DNA from: Eledone cirrhosa
Taxonomy: Eukaryota
NCBI GenBank assembly: GCA_964016885.1
Contig: OZ024740.1
Coordinates: forward strand, 375,968,001 to 376,032,000
Direction of reading: 5' to 3'
DNA length: 64,000 nt
Notes under the pieces: generated by a model
The model's input: the letters and a program-made list of their open reading frames with translations, nothing else
The model's database searches: none
Told to the model about the DNA's origin: nothing
Shown: in pieces, positions 27,517 through 42,339 of the stretch
How the letters are laid out: the number at the start of each line of letters is the position of its first letter
Numbering within the stretch: the stretch's first letter is position 1
Program-made: the position numbers and the translations under genes

Positions 27517-27594
<78 letters not shown>

Positions 27595-27595
<1 letters not shown>

Positions 27596-27820
27596 AGAAG
27601 TTATATTTAATTTGTTGGGATACAATAAGCACATATTTTTATAACTGATATAAACCACTCAACAAATTATTGGAGTAAAAATACAATATATTAACAAATG
27701 GAAACTATATTTATAAAACCATATTTATTTCATTATATATATTTCAAGGACACCAAAGCAAATTATGGTGCGCTTTCATCGGATAAAATATAATATAGAT
27801 CAGTTTTATAAACAAATATT
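27595..27820 (-). mobile_element. Hammerhead element, family C
   Basis: Minus strand 27726-27790 reads tattttat CCGATGA aagcgcacca..tggtgtcctt GAAA tatata TA atgaaata. Sister copy at 35984. Confidence 0.8.
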
Positions 27821-28524
27821 GACACACCCTTAAAAAATGCGACCATTTCAACGGCTTAATTTAATGTACGGGATTTAAACCTCTCCGACACTAATTTGAA
27901 TAATAGACCAATAATAAAATCAGTAACCCCACTATTTGCTTCTCACTCAATTCTTTTCATGTTTCAGTATTCAAGTGGATTTTTCTTTCAGTTCATTATT
28001 ATTGCAATTTCCCTTTATTATGTCGAATTATTTATAGAAATTACATTCTCTAGATAACGTTTAAATTTTTGCACAGTAGAGTTAAGGGAAATAATTATTT
28101 CAACGAAATTTTCTCTAAGTGCGCATTTAAAGAGAGCATAACATATCCTGCATATTATAAAGCGCCCCTGTAACATTATTGATTTCTTCATACGAGGCTC
28201 TATTCTATCCAAATGTCCCCAGAATAAACATCGTGATACGTTACGATGAAATTGGCGCTTACACTAATTGATAATCTTTGGTTTATGAATGTTAAATGAA
28301 TTTATCAAGCGGAGAGACCAGCATGTATCTACACCCCCATATATATAAACACCCCATATTTGTCAAGCGGGCTCAGACAATTACTTACGTCTATGGTGAG
28401 GTGTGGAAATCAAACACATGCATAATTCTTTTTCTGTTGTTTGTAGTTTTCAACTAGAATAATTTAATTGCAGTTCCTCAGGCTTAGAACGGTATTTTAA
28501 CATTTCATGTACAATAATATAAAT

Positions 28525-28940
28525 GACTTGTGTAATGACCGAAACAATACGATCGCGAATACAAGCAGCCGAAATGGTATTCCTTGGAAGGGGTCTTTGG
28601 AGTAATGTTACTCGATAAAGTGCGTAACTCGGTGATTAGAGAGTCACTCCAGATAGCGCCGCTAATACTCCGAATTAAGAGATCGCAGCTTCGATTCTAT
28701 GTGCATGTCATTAGATTGTCTCAGGAAAGAATCGGTGTACAGATTTTACGGGCGAAACCAACAGGTACGAGACCCAGGGTAGAGCTGGAGCTAGATGGTT
28801 GGATAACATTTATGAGCTTGGCTGGTCACACTTGAGGATCCACCGGATCAGTTGGCGACGGTTGCTTCTGACAGGATCCGCTGGAGGGAGTGTTTGTAGA
28901 CCCTTCCCCCACGACTCTCCCAGGTAAAAGTGGGCGGCTG
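28525..28940 (+). mobile_element. RTE-type LINE 3' end
   Basis: MTETIRSRIQAAEMVFL, LDKVRNSVIRESL, SQLRFYVHVIRL, PTGTRPR. Confidence 0.85.
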
Positions 28941-31455
28941 TATAGAAGTGCTTTAGTCAGTGTTTCTAAGTCACCCAAATTATATGACAGGTCTATCAAA
29001 ACTCAGAACGAACGAGAAAAAAAATTAATATTTGGAATGCAACAAATCATGAAAATATCCCTATCACAGGTTTTAGTTGCTGAATCATACGGAAAGATGC
29101 TATGCATAAAATGTTTATAGAAAACATATAATTGTTCTATATGAAACCTATAGGACGTTTTGGTAACACTACAAAAAAAAAATTACTAAGGTCTGCATCC
29201 TGGAATTCATAATTTTTTTCGAAGTAATACCCATTTATTTTGCTCTAGATAAGATGGTGGACTTTCTGATTGAAGATAAGCCAATATTTTGGCTTGCCAT
29301 TCCATCTCTTACAGCTCATATTTATATGCATTATAATTAATAGGAGTATGTATTTTAGGTGTTTCTTGTCAAGTATTCTGAATGGGCAAACCAAAGAAGA
29401 AGAAGAATATCTTGTTTATTTTAATGACTACCAGGATTCTCAGTTATTTTTTATTATATTCTCATATTGACATAGCTGCAGTTAATTTATCTGAAAACTC
29501 GTGTGTCGTACTCACAAATTTGAATGCCTCGTGATTTATATATTTGGTTGTTTTCAGCAAACTCCGAAAGATATTTTGCTTGCGCAACATATATAATCCC
29601 ATAGCTATCAAATAGTGTACTGAGTAATATGGAATTAATTAATTGCCATCAGAATATAATGTAAGTTTTGCTATGTTTATTTGTTTTCTAAAACAGTTTA
29701 TCTGGAAAAATATTACACTTCACTTCGCCTTCATCAATTAAACCAGAAGAGATATATAAATCTTATGATTACCTGGAATTAAAATGACTATGGGAAACGT
29801 TTCAAATGGTATACACATAAAGTATGTCGGTGTAGTTTGTTCTTTACACAGCATCGATGTAACATATCAGTTACTTCCTTCAGATTTACATCTAGTGTAG
29901 TAATACAATCAATTTAACATTGGGATAGTAATGACAGTTGACGTGGAAGAGTTGTTTTATTGTGATCCCGAGAGCAGATGATTTATTTTAATTTTCTCTC
30001 TTGCATATATGAAAAACGATGTAACCAACTTTCTTCCAGTTGACCTATTCCAGGGAATCGAGTTTCACTAAGAGCAGGAATATCAATGATTTTTTATGGA
30101 AATATTGCAAAAGCCAAATTGCTTTCAAATGCTCCATCTGCCATGTTCTTTGCGACTGATTTCTGTAAATTATTCTCAGTGTTTCGACTGAGAGCTCCTG
30201 CTATCACTTCCCTACGGTTGAAAATAAGCAATGACAACTCCTGGAAACACTTGTTTTATAAGCAAAAGAAATCACCGACAGAACGGACACAACACATAAG
30301 ACGCAAATGTTCACTGTTCCCATTGAGCAATTTAAATATTATTGCTTATCTCTCCCAAAATATGCCTGTCAATGAAAAATGTGTCTATTTGGAAATTCAT
30401 TAAAAGTGTATTGAGATATACTATAATGAATTAATAGTACAAATGTATGAAAAAATATTTTAGCACTGCGAACGGATATTTAAATATTCTGAATGTCAAA
30501 ATGCATTAACATTTTTAAATATGTTATACATATAGAATTTAATGACAACAGAACATTTTGATAACCCACACGTTGAATTGATTGTGGGGATGAACATCTT
30601 TGTAAAACCATACCCATTTTAAGTTTTGCCGATAACATTCGTACGAAGTATTATAAAAACAGGTAGAGTGGTACACTCCGTGGTTTTCTCCTAAAGATAG
30701 TGCCAAGCAAGGCTATGCTGTGAAGCTTTTCTCGACAAGACCAATCAGTTTTACATATATGTATATATATATATATATGTATGTGTGAGGGGGGGGGGGG
30801 GCGTGTAGGGGGGGGGGTGAATGTATGTACATAAGTATATATATACTTATATATATAGTTTATATTAAAATATATACGCTTAATATGTATGCGTAACTTT
30901 TGAGGTTTTGGGGAACAGTTATGCATACCACTGTATCGGAGAGTAGCGGTTCTAAATGCAATCTCTCTTTAAAAGCTTTCATAAATGTAAAGTATAAACA
31001 TAACGTCACATATGTTACGTATATGAACATTAATATGAACTAAATAAATTCTCTTGTACTAGATTGAGCGTATTTTCCTTGACCTTTTGTCTACATATAC
31101 TCTCCTGCATATATATATAAATATATATATTATGAGCAGGAAAAAAGAAACATCATTAAATTTATTATAACGAGATATTGATTCTAGAGTCAGGCGTGAT
31201 CGATAGGGGTCATACCTTGAACTGTTCAATCGCGATACACTCGTCCAACCTGAATTAATTTAATGACATTGACACCGCGTTCCGTCACATTCTTACCATA
31301 TACACCCTGCAGTAGACTGACCTTAGTATAATACCATACGTACAACACCACATATTATACTAAACCGGACCCACCTATACATCAGCTGGTCAAGTAAAAA
31401 AAGTGATAGCAACGCCGTTCCAAATCATTGAACTATATATATGTATGTATATATG

Positions 31456-31515
<60 letters not shown>

Positions 31516-31587
31516 AAAATAACAGATTAAAGTTTTCAGCAAAGAATTGCTGCTTTCACCCTTAACGAGATCTTCTGAAACTAACAA

Positions 31588-31634
<47 letters not shown>

Positions 31635-31641
<7 letters not shown>

Positions 31642-31900
31642 GCTTTCACTGTATTTTAGACTAAAGAAATTTCTAGCCTGATAGTGGGGTTTATAACCCT
31701 CGGAGAAATGGAAAAGGATGAGTGTTGCTGTACAGCAACACTCATCTTTTTCCATTTCTCCGAGGGTTATAAACCCCACTATCAGGCTAGAAATTTCTTT
31801 AGTCTAAAATACGGTGAAAGCTTATAATTTCTAATTTCTAATTTCAAACTCGCGCACTGTTTCAAAAAACATACTTACATGTTTACGTTTATAATTTGCT
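31635..31900 (+). mobile_element. Loopless ~194-bp palindrome with ~70-bp tail, family D
   Basis: 31635-31828 is symmetric about GCTGT|ACAGC. A near-identical copy lies at 44306-44570. Flanked by TA runs. Confidence 0.9.
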
Positions 31901-31909
31901 TGTGTATAA

Positions 31910-32300
31910 ATATATATTAGTAAAAAGGTAAAGAAAATGCTCACAAACTTTTCCAAGTGAAAAATAGTAGTTTAATTAGGAATAAGTATGAATTAGTAAT
32001 AAATATTAGTTAGTATTCAGTTTTAGTTTTAAGTTTTTACTGGTTGCGCATTTCTTATGTTTTTCAAAAATAATTTTGAGATAGAGTGCTCGTGATTTTT
32101 GCTCTAAATTAGAGAAAAGATCACGAGCACTCTACCTCTAAATTATTTTTGAAAAGCATAAGAAATGCGTAACCGGTAAAAACTTAAACTAAAACTGAAT
32201 ACTAAGTAGTACTTAACACTAATTTATAATTATTCCTAATTAAACTATTTTTCACTGGGAAAAAAATGTCAGCATTTTCTTTTCCTTTTTACTAATATAT
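31910..32300. mobile_element. Fold-back element, ~190-bp arms, decayed U3-A8 hammerhead variant (family E-like)
   Basis: Arms pair around ctctaaattagag. The plus arm reads ttt TTGAAAA gcat aagaa atgc GtAA ccgg TA aaa. Confidence 0.75.
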
Positions 32301-33039
32301 CACAACTTGTATGTCACGCCTCTATTTTTGTTAATATATATATATATATATAAATGTATGTATGCTATCCAGTACAACCGGCAATCTTCCAGCATTGCTT
32401 GGAAATTAGGTTTGCTTAAAACCCATCCGGACAAAAATTGAACTATAAAAGTGCGTGGGATCATTGAAATAAGCGATACAATGATAGTTATGTGCACTAT
32501 AGACAACTGGAAATGGAGGGTAATGATGTGATCACCGAGTTGCTCCAGGTAAAACCGTTACATCTTCAAGATATCTTCAATGATTAACATATATCGGATC
32601 GATTGGTCTCGTTTGATTTGAGGATCCTCTCGATCTATTGAGGAGAGTTACATCTGAAAGGAACCGATAGAAGGAATCTAAAGCATGACACTCCCAGGAA
32701 GAAGTGACGAAGAAGAGCGCCATACAATATAAGTTCTCAATTACGTTCATACGGTTTGGTATTTGCATTTGTCCTGTTTCTGACGATTTAGCTTATGGCA
32801 GTGTAATTCAGTAACAATGTCATGCTCCTTATATAAATGATACATTAAATCATATCTGTCTAACCGTGTAGCTTGATAATACTGTTTTTCGTTGGCAAGT
32901 GATTTACTTACATTTAACTCTCAAACATAGACAATATTGCAGACAAGTTGTCTCCTTATATCAGATTACAATCTTATTGAATACAAAAGAGGAGAGACTC
33001 TTTAATTTACGAGCAATGCACTCTATCGAGTTAGGTTAC

Positions 33040-33790
33040 TCGATGTACGCTACTGAGGTACCTCATTGCGTCCGCTTGTATTCGCGATCATATTCCATCG
33101 GTCATTACCCAAGATCCATGGCCATAGAGAATGTTTAGCGCGAATACCAAACTAAAGATAACAACTTTTGTTCATATACTTCTTCTGATTACCGAATTCT
33201 GAAGCGAACGCATTAATGCACCAGTTCCTGCAATTCTTGCCTCATGCCTTCCATCACTCATGAATACCGAGATAGTTGAACTTCTCCACTTGTTTCAGTG
33301 GAATTTCATTTAAATGTAAAGTTCACTGTGCAGGGTTCCTTGAGAGGACGAGTATCTCAGTTTTCGCAGTACTTTTTTCATTCCAGCCATGCAGCATTCG
33401 GCAGCAAACCAGTCGTGATGTCATTTCCAACCCCGCAGCACATGTTAATCCTGTTCATAAAAACAATGAACAGGAAATGTGAGAATATATAACCTTTGCG
33501 ACGTCTGACATTGAATGGTTTCGATTTAGCATCATTTATCGGAACTCAAATAATGGGGCACTCGTATAGAGACATCAGGGCAGTAAAAAGCTGACCATCG
33601 ATCCCATACTCTGGCAGAACGTTCCACGGCAGTTCCCGGGAAACACGGTCATGGTTTTCGAGGTCTACAAAATAAGAATATACTTCTCGAAGACTTGCCA
33701 CAATGTAAATATTTGGTCTCCCCATTTCATACCGCAAAATATTGGCATGGACCTACGACATGTTCTCTGAGGCGTACGACGAAACGCATA
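33040..33790 (-). mobile_element. RTE-type LINE RT fragment
   Basis: Minus strand YFVDLENHDRVSRELPWNVLPEYGIDGQL, and QVEKFNYLG. Confidence 0.8.
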
Positions 33791-35942
33791 AAGATAGAAA
33801 GTATACCGAGACACCAAAGGGAGCAAACAGCAAAATACTTTTGGGTTAAAATTTGTTTGCTTCATCCTCACAATTTTATTTCTACTTGCTTAATAGCCCA
33901 CGTTGTGTTCGTTCACTATGCCCATTTCCATCAATCTATTGCACGCCTATCTAACCATTAGGCCCTTTCCACTGTAAAGGTTTTCCACAGCCACAGTAAA
34001 GGTGTTTTCGTCGATAGAAATTGTTTTAGTTTTGCTAATGATACAGTATCTATATTTAACTGGTATGCCTTTAGGTTGATAACATTCAAAATATTTTGGG
34101 ATTTCCAAAGAACAGTTCATTTAATCGATATGTTAATTGTCATCATTCTGTATAAAGCTTGTGGTCCAGTGGTATTCATGTGATTAATGATGATCCATTG
34201 ATGTTGAATTTTCGACAATAACATTTCTCCATCAAGTTATTGAGTACTTCCATTAAAGATATTTTTTAAATGTATGTTTCTGCCGAAATGTTTAAGTGTG
34301 CGTATGTATGTTCGCATATATGTCAGTGCGTATGTACGTGTGTATGTATTATGTTTAAATATATATATAGATACGTCCCTAAATGACTGTTATAAGCTGA
34401 GTTCAGGTGACAGTTATCTACGTAGTTCAGTAGGTGTGTGAGAGGCCATACATTAGAGTGTCAGGTGTTTCTAACTAACACTTGTGTATATATCACTGGC
34501 TTGAGGAGTTCATCTTTATACGTTGCGTGGTGAACTTAGCTGGAATTAATTAGAATTAGTCTGGAAATAGCATGATGAATAATAGTGAATTATATGAAGA
34601 TATTGAAGATATATACGCCATGTTTAGTTAACGTTATCATATACAAATCTCGCTATGGCAGTTTTAAGTTATGTTCATGTCCTGCCTATCTCATAAGCCA
34701 TGTGAGAACGTAACACTCTAGATCTTTAGGATTTCCTATCCCTCGTCTGTGAGGTTTACTCACTAGGTACAGAGATAAAAATAACCTATAACATACATAT
34801 AATTTGTTTATAAAACATACGATGAAGATTTCACATGCGTTTTCACACTGCTAACGAGATAGATGTGGTAGGAATACTGCTTTAAACTGTCGTAGCAAAA
34901 CATATATATATATTTTTCTAATTATACATAAACTCATTGTATATGCCTTCAGAAGCCTGTCGAATATGTATGTATGCATGTACGTATGTATGTACGTATG
35001 TAAGTATGTATATATCTTTGCGTTGTGTGCTGATATAAAATCTGCGACTCCAGGGCATACAATGATGTTGATCTGTTCTTCTTTTTGGGCACATATCACC
35101 GTTGTTCAGAGAGTGGGACTGATTTAGTTTAATGTCTTTCTTCACTTAAAAAAGCTTCAATCGCAGATAACCATTGATCTAAACATCTTTCACATGTGTT
35201 ACATGAACATGGATGGCTATAGTTGAAAAAAGCTCATTTTTCGTGCAACCCAGTTGTGAGAGTAGGATCAAATGATGACAGATCTTGACATCGTGATGTA
35301 ACTGTTATGTATGTATGTAACTGTTATGTATGTATGTATGTATGTATGTATGTATGTATGTATGTATGTATGTATGTATGTATGTATGCAACTATGTATA
35401 CATGTGTGCGTGCGTGTATGTATGTGTGTGTATGTATGAATGTATGTCAGTATGTATGTATTTTCGTTTACGTAGTAAAAACATTTTTTTAGTTTGAATA
35501 ACATAATAGAATGTTCTCATGTTTACTTGGAAATGTTGCAAGTTTCGAAATAACAGAGTTTAATGTGTAGATTTACAAAGTCTTGATGTCTACTAATATA
35601 ACTATCGTTCATATTATCTAAACAGTTTTAAACTCAAATTTGGTAATAAACGTCATGTTATCGAGTGCAAAATGAGAGACAAAATACGAATCACAAGCCA
35701 TTATAATTAATTTTCAATATATAAAGTCCATATGACTAAGTCTACGATGACGTAAACTATACTAGCAAATATATACTAGCAATTAAACCTCTATTCCTCT
35801 TTCATATATAATATATTGTATAACCATTATTATAAACTCCATCGGAATATGTATTATTTTAAATATAGATTAAAAATTAAATACTAGAAGATATGCTATA
35901 TATCTATATATCTATATATTTATCTATCACTTTCTCTCGCTA

Positions 35943-35983
<41 letters not shown>

Positions 35984-36145
35984 GTAGAAGTTATATTTAA
36001 TTTGTTGGGATACAACAAGCAAATATTTTTATAACTGATATATTTTATCTGATGAAAGCGCACCATAATTTGCTTTGGTGTCCTTGAAATATGTATAATG
36101 AAATAAATATGGTTTTATAAATATAGTTTCCATTTGTTAATATAT

Positions 36146-36146
<1 letters not shown>
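35984..36146 (+). mobile_element. Family C element with the hammerhead segment inverted relative to the tail
   Basis: 36041-36105 reads tattttat CTGATGA aagcgcacca..tggtgtcctt GAAA tatgta TA atgaaata. The first ~55 bp match 27595 in the same orientation. Confidence 0.85.
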
Positions 36147-36234
<88 letters not shown>

Positions 36235-36239
36235 GTGTC

Positions 36240-36316
<77 letters not shown>

Positions 36317-37866
36317 ATAAAGAGAGAGATATAGAGATAGATAGAGAGAAAGAGAGAGAAACAGAGAGGATACACACTGCATATATTTCTCTAAATGGAT
36401 TTGTATGTGCATGTGTTTGTATTTGGGACTTTTTGTTTGTGAATGTAAAGGACTGATAAACAATATTAATTAAATAGTACAACTATTAATTATTTCTTAT
36501 TGATAACATTTTGATGATAACTTTTCTTTTCTTCTAAAACATAATTTCTAAGCAACACGAACCGATGTCAGAGACTTTATTTAGTCGCTTAACACGATGA
36601 AATTAACTACAAAAACTCACTCTAATTACACATTGCCATCTTTAAAACTAAAGCACACATTCGAATATATAATCCTAAATATGAAATTGAAGAATTAAAT
36701 GCTTTCATATAACCATTTTTTCCGTGACACATCAACAATATCTGTTATTTTCAGTTTATAGTTCGAAAGGAATCTAAAATGTTAGCAATTCTGCGTTGGT
36801 ATATCGTGCAATAAGGACTACTAGATTTATACTCATCGATGTCTGACATAGTTGATGTTACGTATTTTGTTGTTCTTGGATATTTTTTCTTTGACAATGT
36901 AGAAATTTAGAGAAATCTTAACATTTATGTTAAACGTTTCTCATTTTCGAACCGAATCAATTTAAAGCACATCCACTTTCAAAATGAATATGTGCAATAC
37001 TTATCGAAGTGATATGCTGCAATGGTATGGATCAAATTGTGTTTGTCCATTTCCGTAGTTAAAAGGATGGTTACTTGATCGCTTCAGAGAGCAGTGGAAT
37101 GCGTAACAAAACCATGCAAATTATAGTCCTGTCAGGACACACTCTTTCATTTATTCTTCAAGAATCGATTGTTTAAACCCAAGCAATATATTTCGGTTGG
37201 TCAAATGCATCAAGAATATAGCTCAAGCATATATCCTCTAACTATAAGCAAAGCTATAACAGTCATTGGAGAAATAGATACATGAGGGATATTTAGAGGT
37301 CTCTCTCAAAGTCAGGTTTTATGAAAGATTGACTGTAGATATATCATATATACTTCCTTCACAAGAAGCAGAATTTATTTACACGGTTTCAATATGCTAC
37401 TTAACATAAATGATTTATCGATGGAAATACACTTTCAAACAGGAAGAGTATTTAGGTAAAACAAAAGGAGAAATATTTTATGAGTTACTGTGTATTTTCA
37501 CATTTTAAATAATGTTATTATTTCATTATTTGTTACAAAAACCAAACAGACAATTTTTCATGTGTTTACGTGTATATCAAGACAGGTAATTTATGAAAGA
37601 ATTGACATCCGTTTGCTTAAGGCATTAGCAATGCATTATTTGTTATATATTTCCAGCTCTAATACACCGGGAAAAATGTTTAAAATATTAATGGAATGCT
37701 AGTAAAATAAATGAAACATCTTAGATGTATACACAACTTCTCGTATATATACGGGATCAAAAGGCATCATTTATCAATGCAAGTGCCACAAACAACACCT
37801 GTTTGTAGAAGATTTATTCGCTTAATTGTGTATAACATGATAACATTTTTAATATATTCATGTTTA

Positions 37867-37916
<50 letters not shown>

Positions 37917-40900
37917 CAAATATGCCCACATATGTATGTGTGCATGTGTATATGTGTGTTTGTTTGTGTGCGTGTGTGTGAGGGCAGTTGGCCTCGGTGT
38001 TGAAAACATGATCTTGGTTCGTTCCCTTGTCTTTAGATTGTATTGGCATCATGAATTTATTGCACAAGATACTGTCCGATGATGTCGCATTACTTGGTAC
38101 TTGATTGAAACATTTATCACAGCTTCATGAATAAAAACATTATGGATATTTACATCAGTCCTTTTCAATTATATTTATGTTACACACACACACACACACA
38201 CACAGATACACATTACACACACACTCACACACACACACAACACACATAGGTAGGGTTAAACCATATACTTTCTTCGATCTATGTCTCCTGCTCCGGGTAA
38301 ACGAATCAGCCACCCCTACCAGTTACCGGTATGAGGACGTCGAACCTCATCAGGCTGGAGGCATCTTATTAAGTAGTTTCTGTTTGTTAATAATCTAGCT
38401 AAGATCACACCGATCGCCTTTTTAGTATCGCATTGGTACTGCTTAGTAAACCATATCCTGCACTAGTACTGCGTAATATCTATTCCACAGATAAGTATTC
38501 CACAGATTCATTTCTCTCAGCAAGAGAATATGTACTATGTATTAGATGTGCCAGTCTATTAACTATTTACTAGATTTACCAGGCTATCAAGCCACCGAGT
38601 AGTGGATATTTTATTAGCTCCAGAAGTGTACTAGCTCTGAATATTTACGCCCAACAATGAAATACACTGTCTTTTCCAGAGTAATATGAGTTGCGTACTT
38701 TGATTGCATGTTTTTGCCTTCTGAAATCCCTTCTCTGTAACTGGTAAGATTGCTAATATCTTTCACAATTTAATCGGCTGTTTTAGTCACCAAAATGGAT
38801 TTAAGTTCTCTATGTTAAGATAAGGTGTTAGCATTAAACCTGGGTGAGTTGGTGATAAAATATTCGAAAGAAAAACAAAACTAACCATAAGATGAGACTG
38901 TTAATGAAAATGATTGAAAATATCAGGGAAACGTAGAAAGCGTATGACTAGCATCTAGAGCCTGAATGATTGCAACATTATATATGCAGCTTGACTGTGA
39001 ATATCCAAAGACATACACGCTTAATGTACAAAATGATATATAAAACATTTCGAAGGTGCACATAGGATTATAATCTAGAGTAATATTCAAACATGTTTAC
39101 ATAGTCATTGATTTGTTTAATTAACGGTTGTTAGCGTACTAAAGGGGCCAAATTGCTACGAAACCTTCCAAAAGAATAAGAGAATCCTAACTGTCGTTAG
39201 TTGTTAATGTTAGAGATTGGATATATGAGTAAGACATAGCGTGCATACAAAGAAGTTTAGTTCTAGAATAATTGGAGGTTATTTTTAGCGTTAAATAGGA
39301 AACATAGTGGTTTTATGCAGCCTCACTCTCAATATAAGTCAGGGAATATGCTTAAGGTGAAAATAAGAAACCTAACCATGTTGGAAAAGAATCAATATGA
39401 TTATAATGGATTATAGCATTAACATATTGTTTACAATATTATATATCAATTAACGCAGTCCCAATAAGCTATTTGCAATATTTTGTTGATATCCATTTAA
39501 ATAATAAAAAAATTCTGAAGAACATTTTAATATACTAATAACATATATTATTGCATATTTCTATCGTCTTTATAACAAAGGCAGTTGAATAGAAGATATG
39601 CACCAGCATCGATAAGTGTGAGATTGAGGTTGTTGATTTCAGCCTGCCTTTTCACAGGGACCAGAGCTATTCCAATGTGGAACAAGAGATGACCAACATT
39701 ACCTTTTATCATATCCTGATATTGGCCTAAATTCTGGACATAATTTAATTCATTTCCCCGAATTCTGATAAAAGATTTTGTTAAACCTATTGCATTTTCC
39801 AAATATACACACACCTATTGTGTGATTTGTCCGATAAACACAAAAGAAAATATATTGGTGTGAAATATTCCAGTAAAATAAACATACATAAAGGTTTACA
39901 TGTTAATGTAAGTATTTTATGAACGGTTATTTAATATTTTCTTTCTTTCTTTCCTCCCGCTTTCTAACCCACTCTCCCCAATACATTTAGTCATAAAACG
40001 GAGTTATATTCATTCAACTCATCTGAACTTCAAATATTGCGATATAAGCTAACACTTCCGGATAAGTTAAACTGGCAGAAAGAAATAATCCAATCAGCAT
40101 CGTACTCTGCTACATGAAAGACGCCATTGATTTTCCATTCTTTCTATATTTTCTAATCTGCAATTTTCAAAAGAAATTGAGCAATATACAAAACATGATA
40201 AAATATACTTACGAGAAATTCTCTCATCTAATGGGATGACCTTAAGGTTAGAACATGGAGAGTTTAAAAAAATACATATATAAAAGTACTATCAAAATAT
40301 AAATGAAACGTAAAGTAAAATCGATATAGCAGTAAACACAATCTCGGATGCTTATATGTAACGCCAAATAATTCCCACTCAAATTCTACATATATAATAG
40401 TATTTGCACGATAGCGAAGGACGGTATGTCTAGTGAAACGTTGCAGTCATTTATAATTACTTTCCATACAAACTAATTATATAATTAAATTTTACATTCT
40501 ACGTAATAAGTTATGTTCGCCATTAAATATAATATAAGAGAGTTTGACAAAAATCATTTAACTTTAGAATTTACCATATATTTTGAAAATTGTAATAATT
40601 TTATATTTGCCTTCTTGAAATAAATTAATGTTTACCATATTAGCTTGATTAATTTTATATTTACGACAGAATAAGAAATTATCAATGACTATCAATGACT
40701 ATCAGTGATTAAAAGAAAAACATCTCCAATTGTGATTTATTTCAATGTATCTTCTCCAAATAAAAATCAGTCTTTTCATAACGTTCCACGTGTACTGTAA
40801 AGATCATTAAAGAGAATAAATACTTTACATATTTATAAAACAGAATAATCAGTTAAACTGTAGAGTAAAACATCAATTCTCATATATTCCCTTCCTTTTA

Positions 40901-42185
40901 TATTAGTTAAAGTTTATTGTGTTCATTTATATTTTTTAATATTTTCCATTTTTTTTATTTCTATCACAAATACCGTTAATTATACTCGAAATATGCTTTG
41001 ATAGTTCAATGAAATAAAAAAAAAAGCTTTAAACGATATTAAGAATGATAGAATGAAATTGTTAAACAAATACCAAAATCTAGAAGCTGGAATAAGATTT
41101 CGCCTAATAAATATGCGTCTACAATGGGGATATGATTGCTAGAAACTAACGTAATTGAAAGCATACATTTCTTCGTATGGAGAACATATTGGTAAATAGT
41201 CATGTGAGTTATTTTTATATGATTTAAGCTGATTGCAGAATTGAACTCAATATCACAGTTAGAAGCGGCTGCATAACATTTCAGCTGTGGCAAATAGCAT
41301 TACTATAAGAGATATTTAGCCTGAACCAGCAATAGATAAGAGATGATTGTGTATTGAAGGTGAGAGGATAACAACTATTTAAATTTAAATGAATAATCGA
41401 ATCGATTTACTATATTCTGACTCTTTAAGAATCTCTGTTACAATAATACATATATTTTGATGATTAATACGTATAAACTGGCATGTGCGTTGGTTAAAAT
41501 GCGTCAGTTCACAATCGTTGTAGATGCATCCGTATAGCATTGATATTTGAAATAGTTGTAACTGTTGATCGTATCAATAAATTGGATGAAAGACAAATAT
41601 TAATATCATAAATATGGAATAACATTTTTTACAGAAAAAATATCAAAGAGATGTTTGAAATAAAATCAAATTAATTTATGTTACTTGATATAATTTTGTG
41701 TATTAATTTGATAATTTGTTTCGTTTTATTTTCATTATATTTTGCTTTCATTATAAATATGATTTTCATATTTAATATCAAACAAAGTAATATTCCATCC
41801 ATAGCAATTTAATAGAGCACTCGGAGAATTTTTTTATTTCGAAACACATCAACCAATTTTCGTTAGTTCAGAAAATGATGCTAAAATGAATTCTATCATT
41901 GTAATTGTGTTGTAATTAGATATACAGGGAAAATAGAAATCAATAAGAAGCTTAATTTACTCAAAATATGTTAATGTGTCTTTAAACATTTCATAATAGA
42001 TACCTACTCAGAAAAACGCCTTATATTTTTTTCAATACTTGAATGGTTGTAACATAAATATATAAATATACAAATATCTACGCGCATGCAAATACACACG
42101 CACGTACATACACACACACACACATACATAAAAAATATATATGTATATATATGTATACATATATATATACACACACACACACACG

Positions 42186-42277
<92 letters not shown>

Positions 42278-42339
42278 CATATATATAAAGAGAGAGAGAC
42301 AGAGTGGGGAGAAAGAGTGAAAGAGAAACTGAAACTAGA

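Noticed and set aside
30095-30215. Possible minus-strand terminal exon (ag|..EVIAGALSRNTENNLQKSVAKNMADGAFESNLAFAIFP*)
   Set aside because: Short, no recognisable homology, and no partner exons found.
32380-32760. Possible LINE endonuclease remnant (also 46700-47100 on the minus strand)
   Set aside because: Too decayed to support by eye.
39548-39814. 88-aa ORF in non-repetitive sequence
   Set aside because: No recognisable domain or splice context; compatible with chance.
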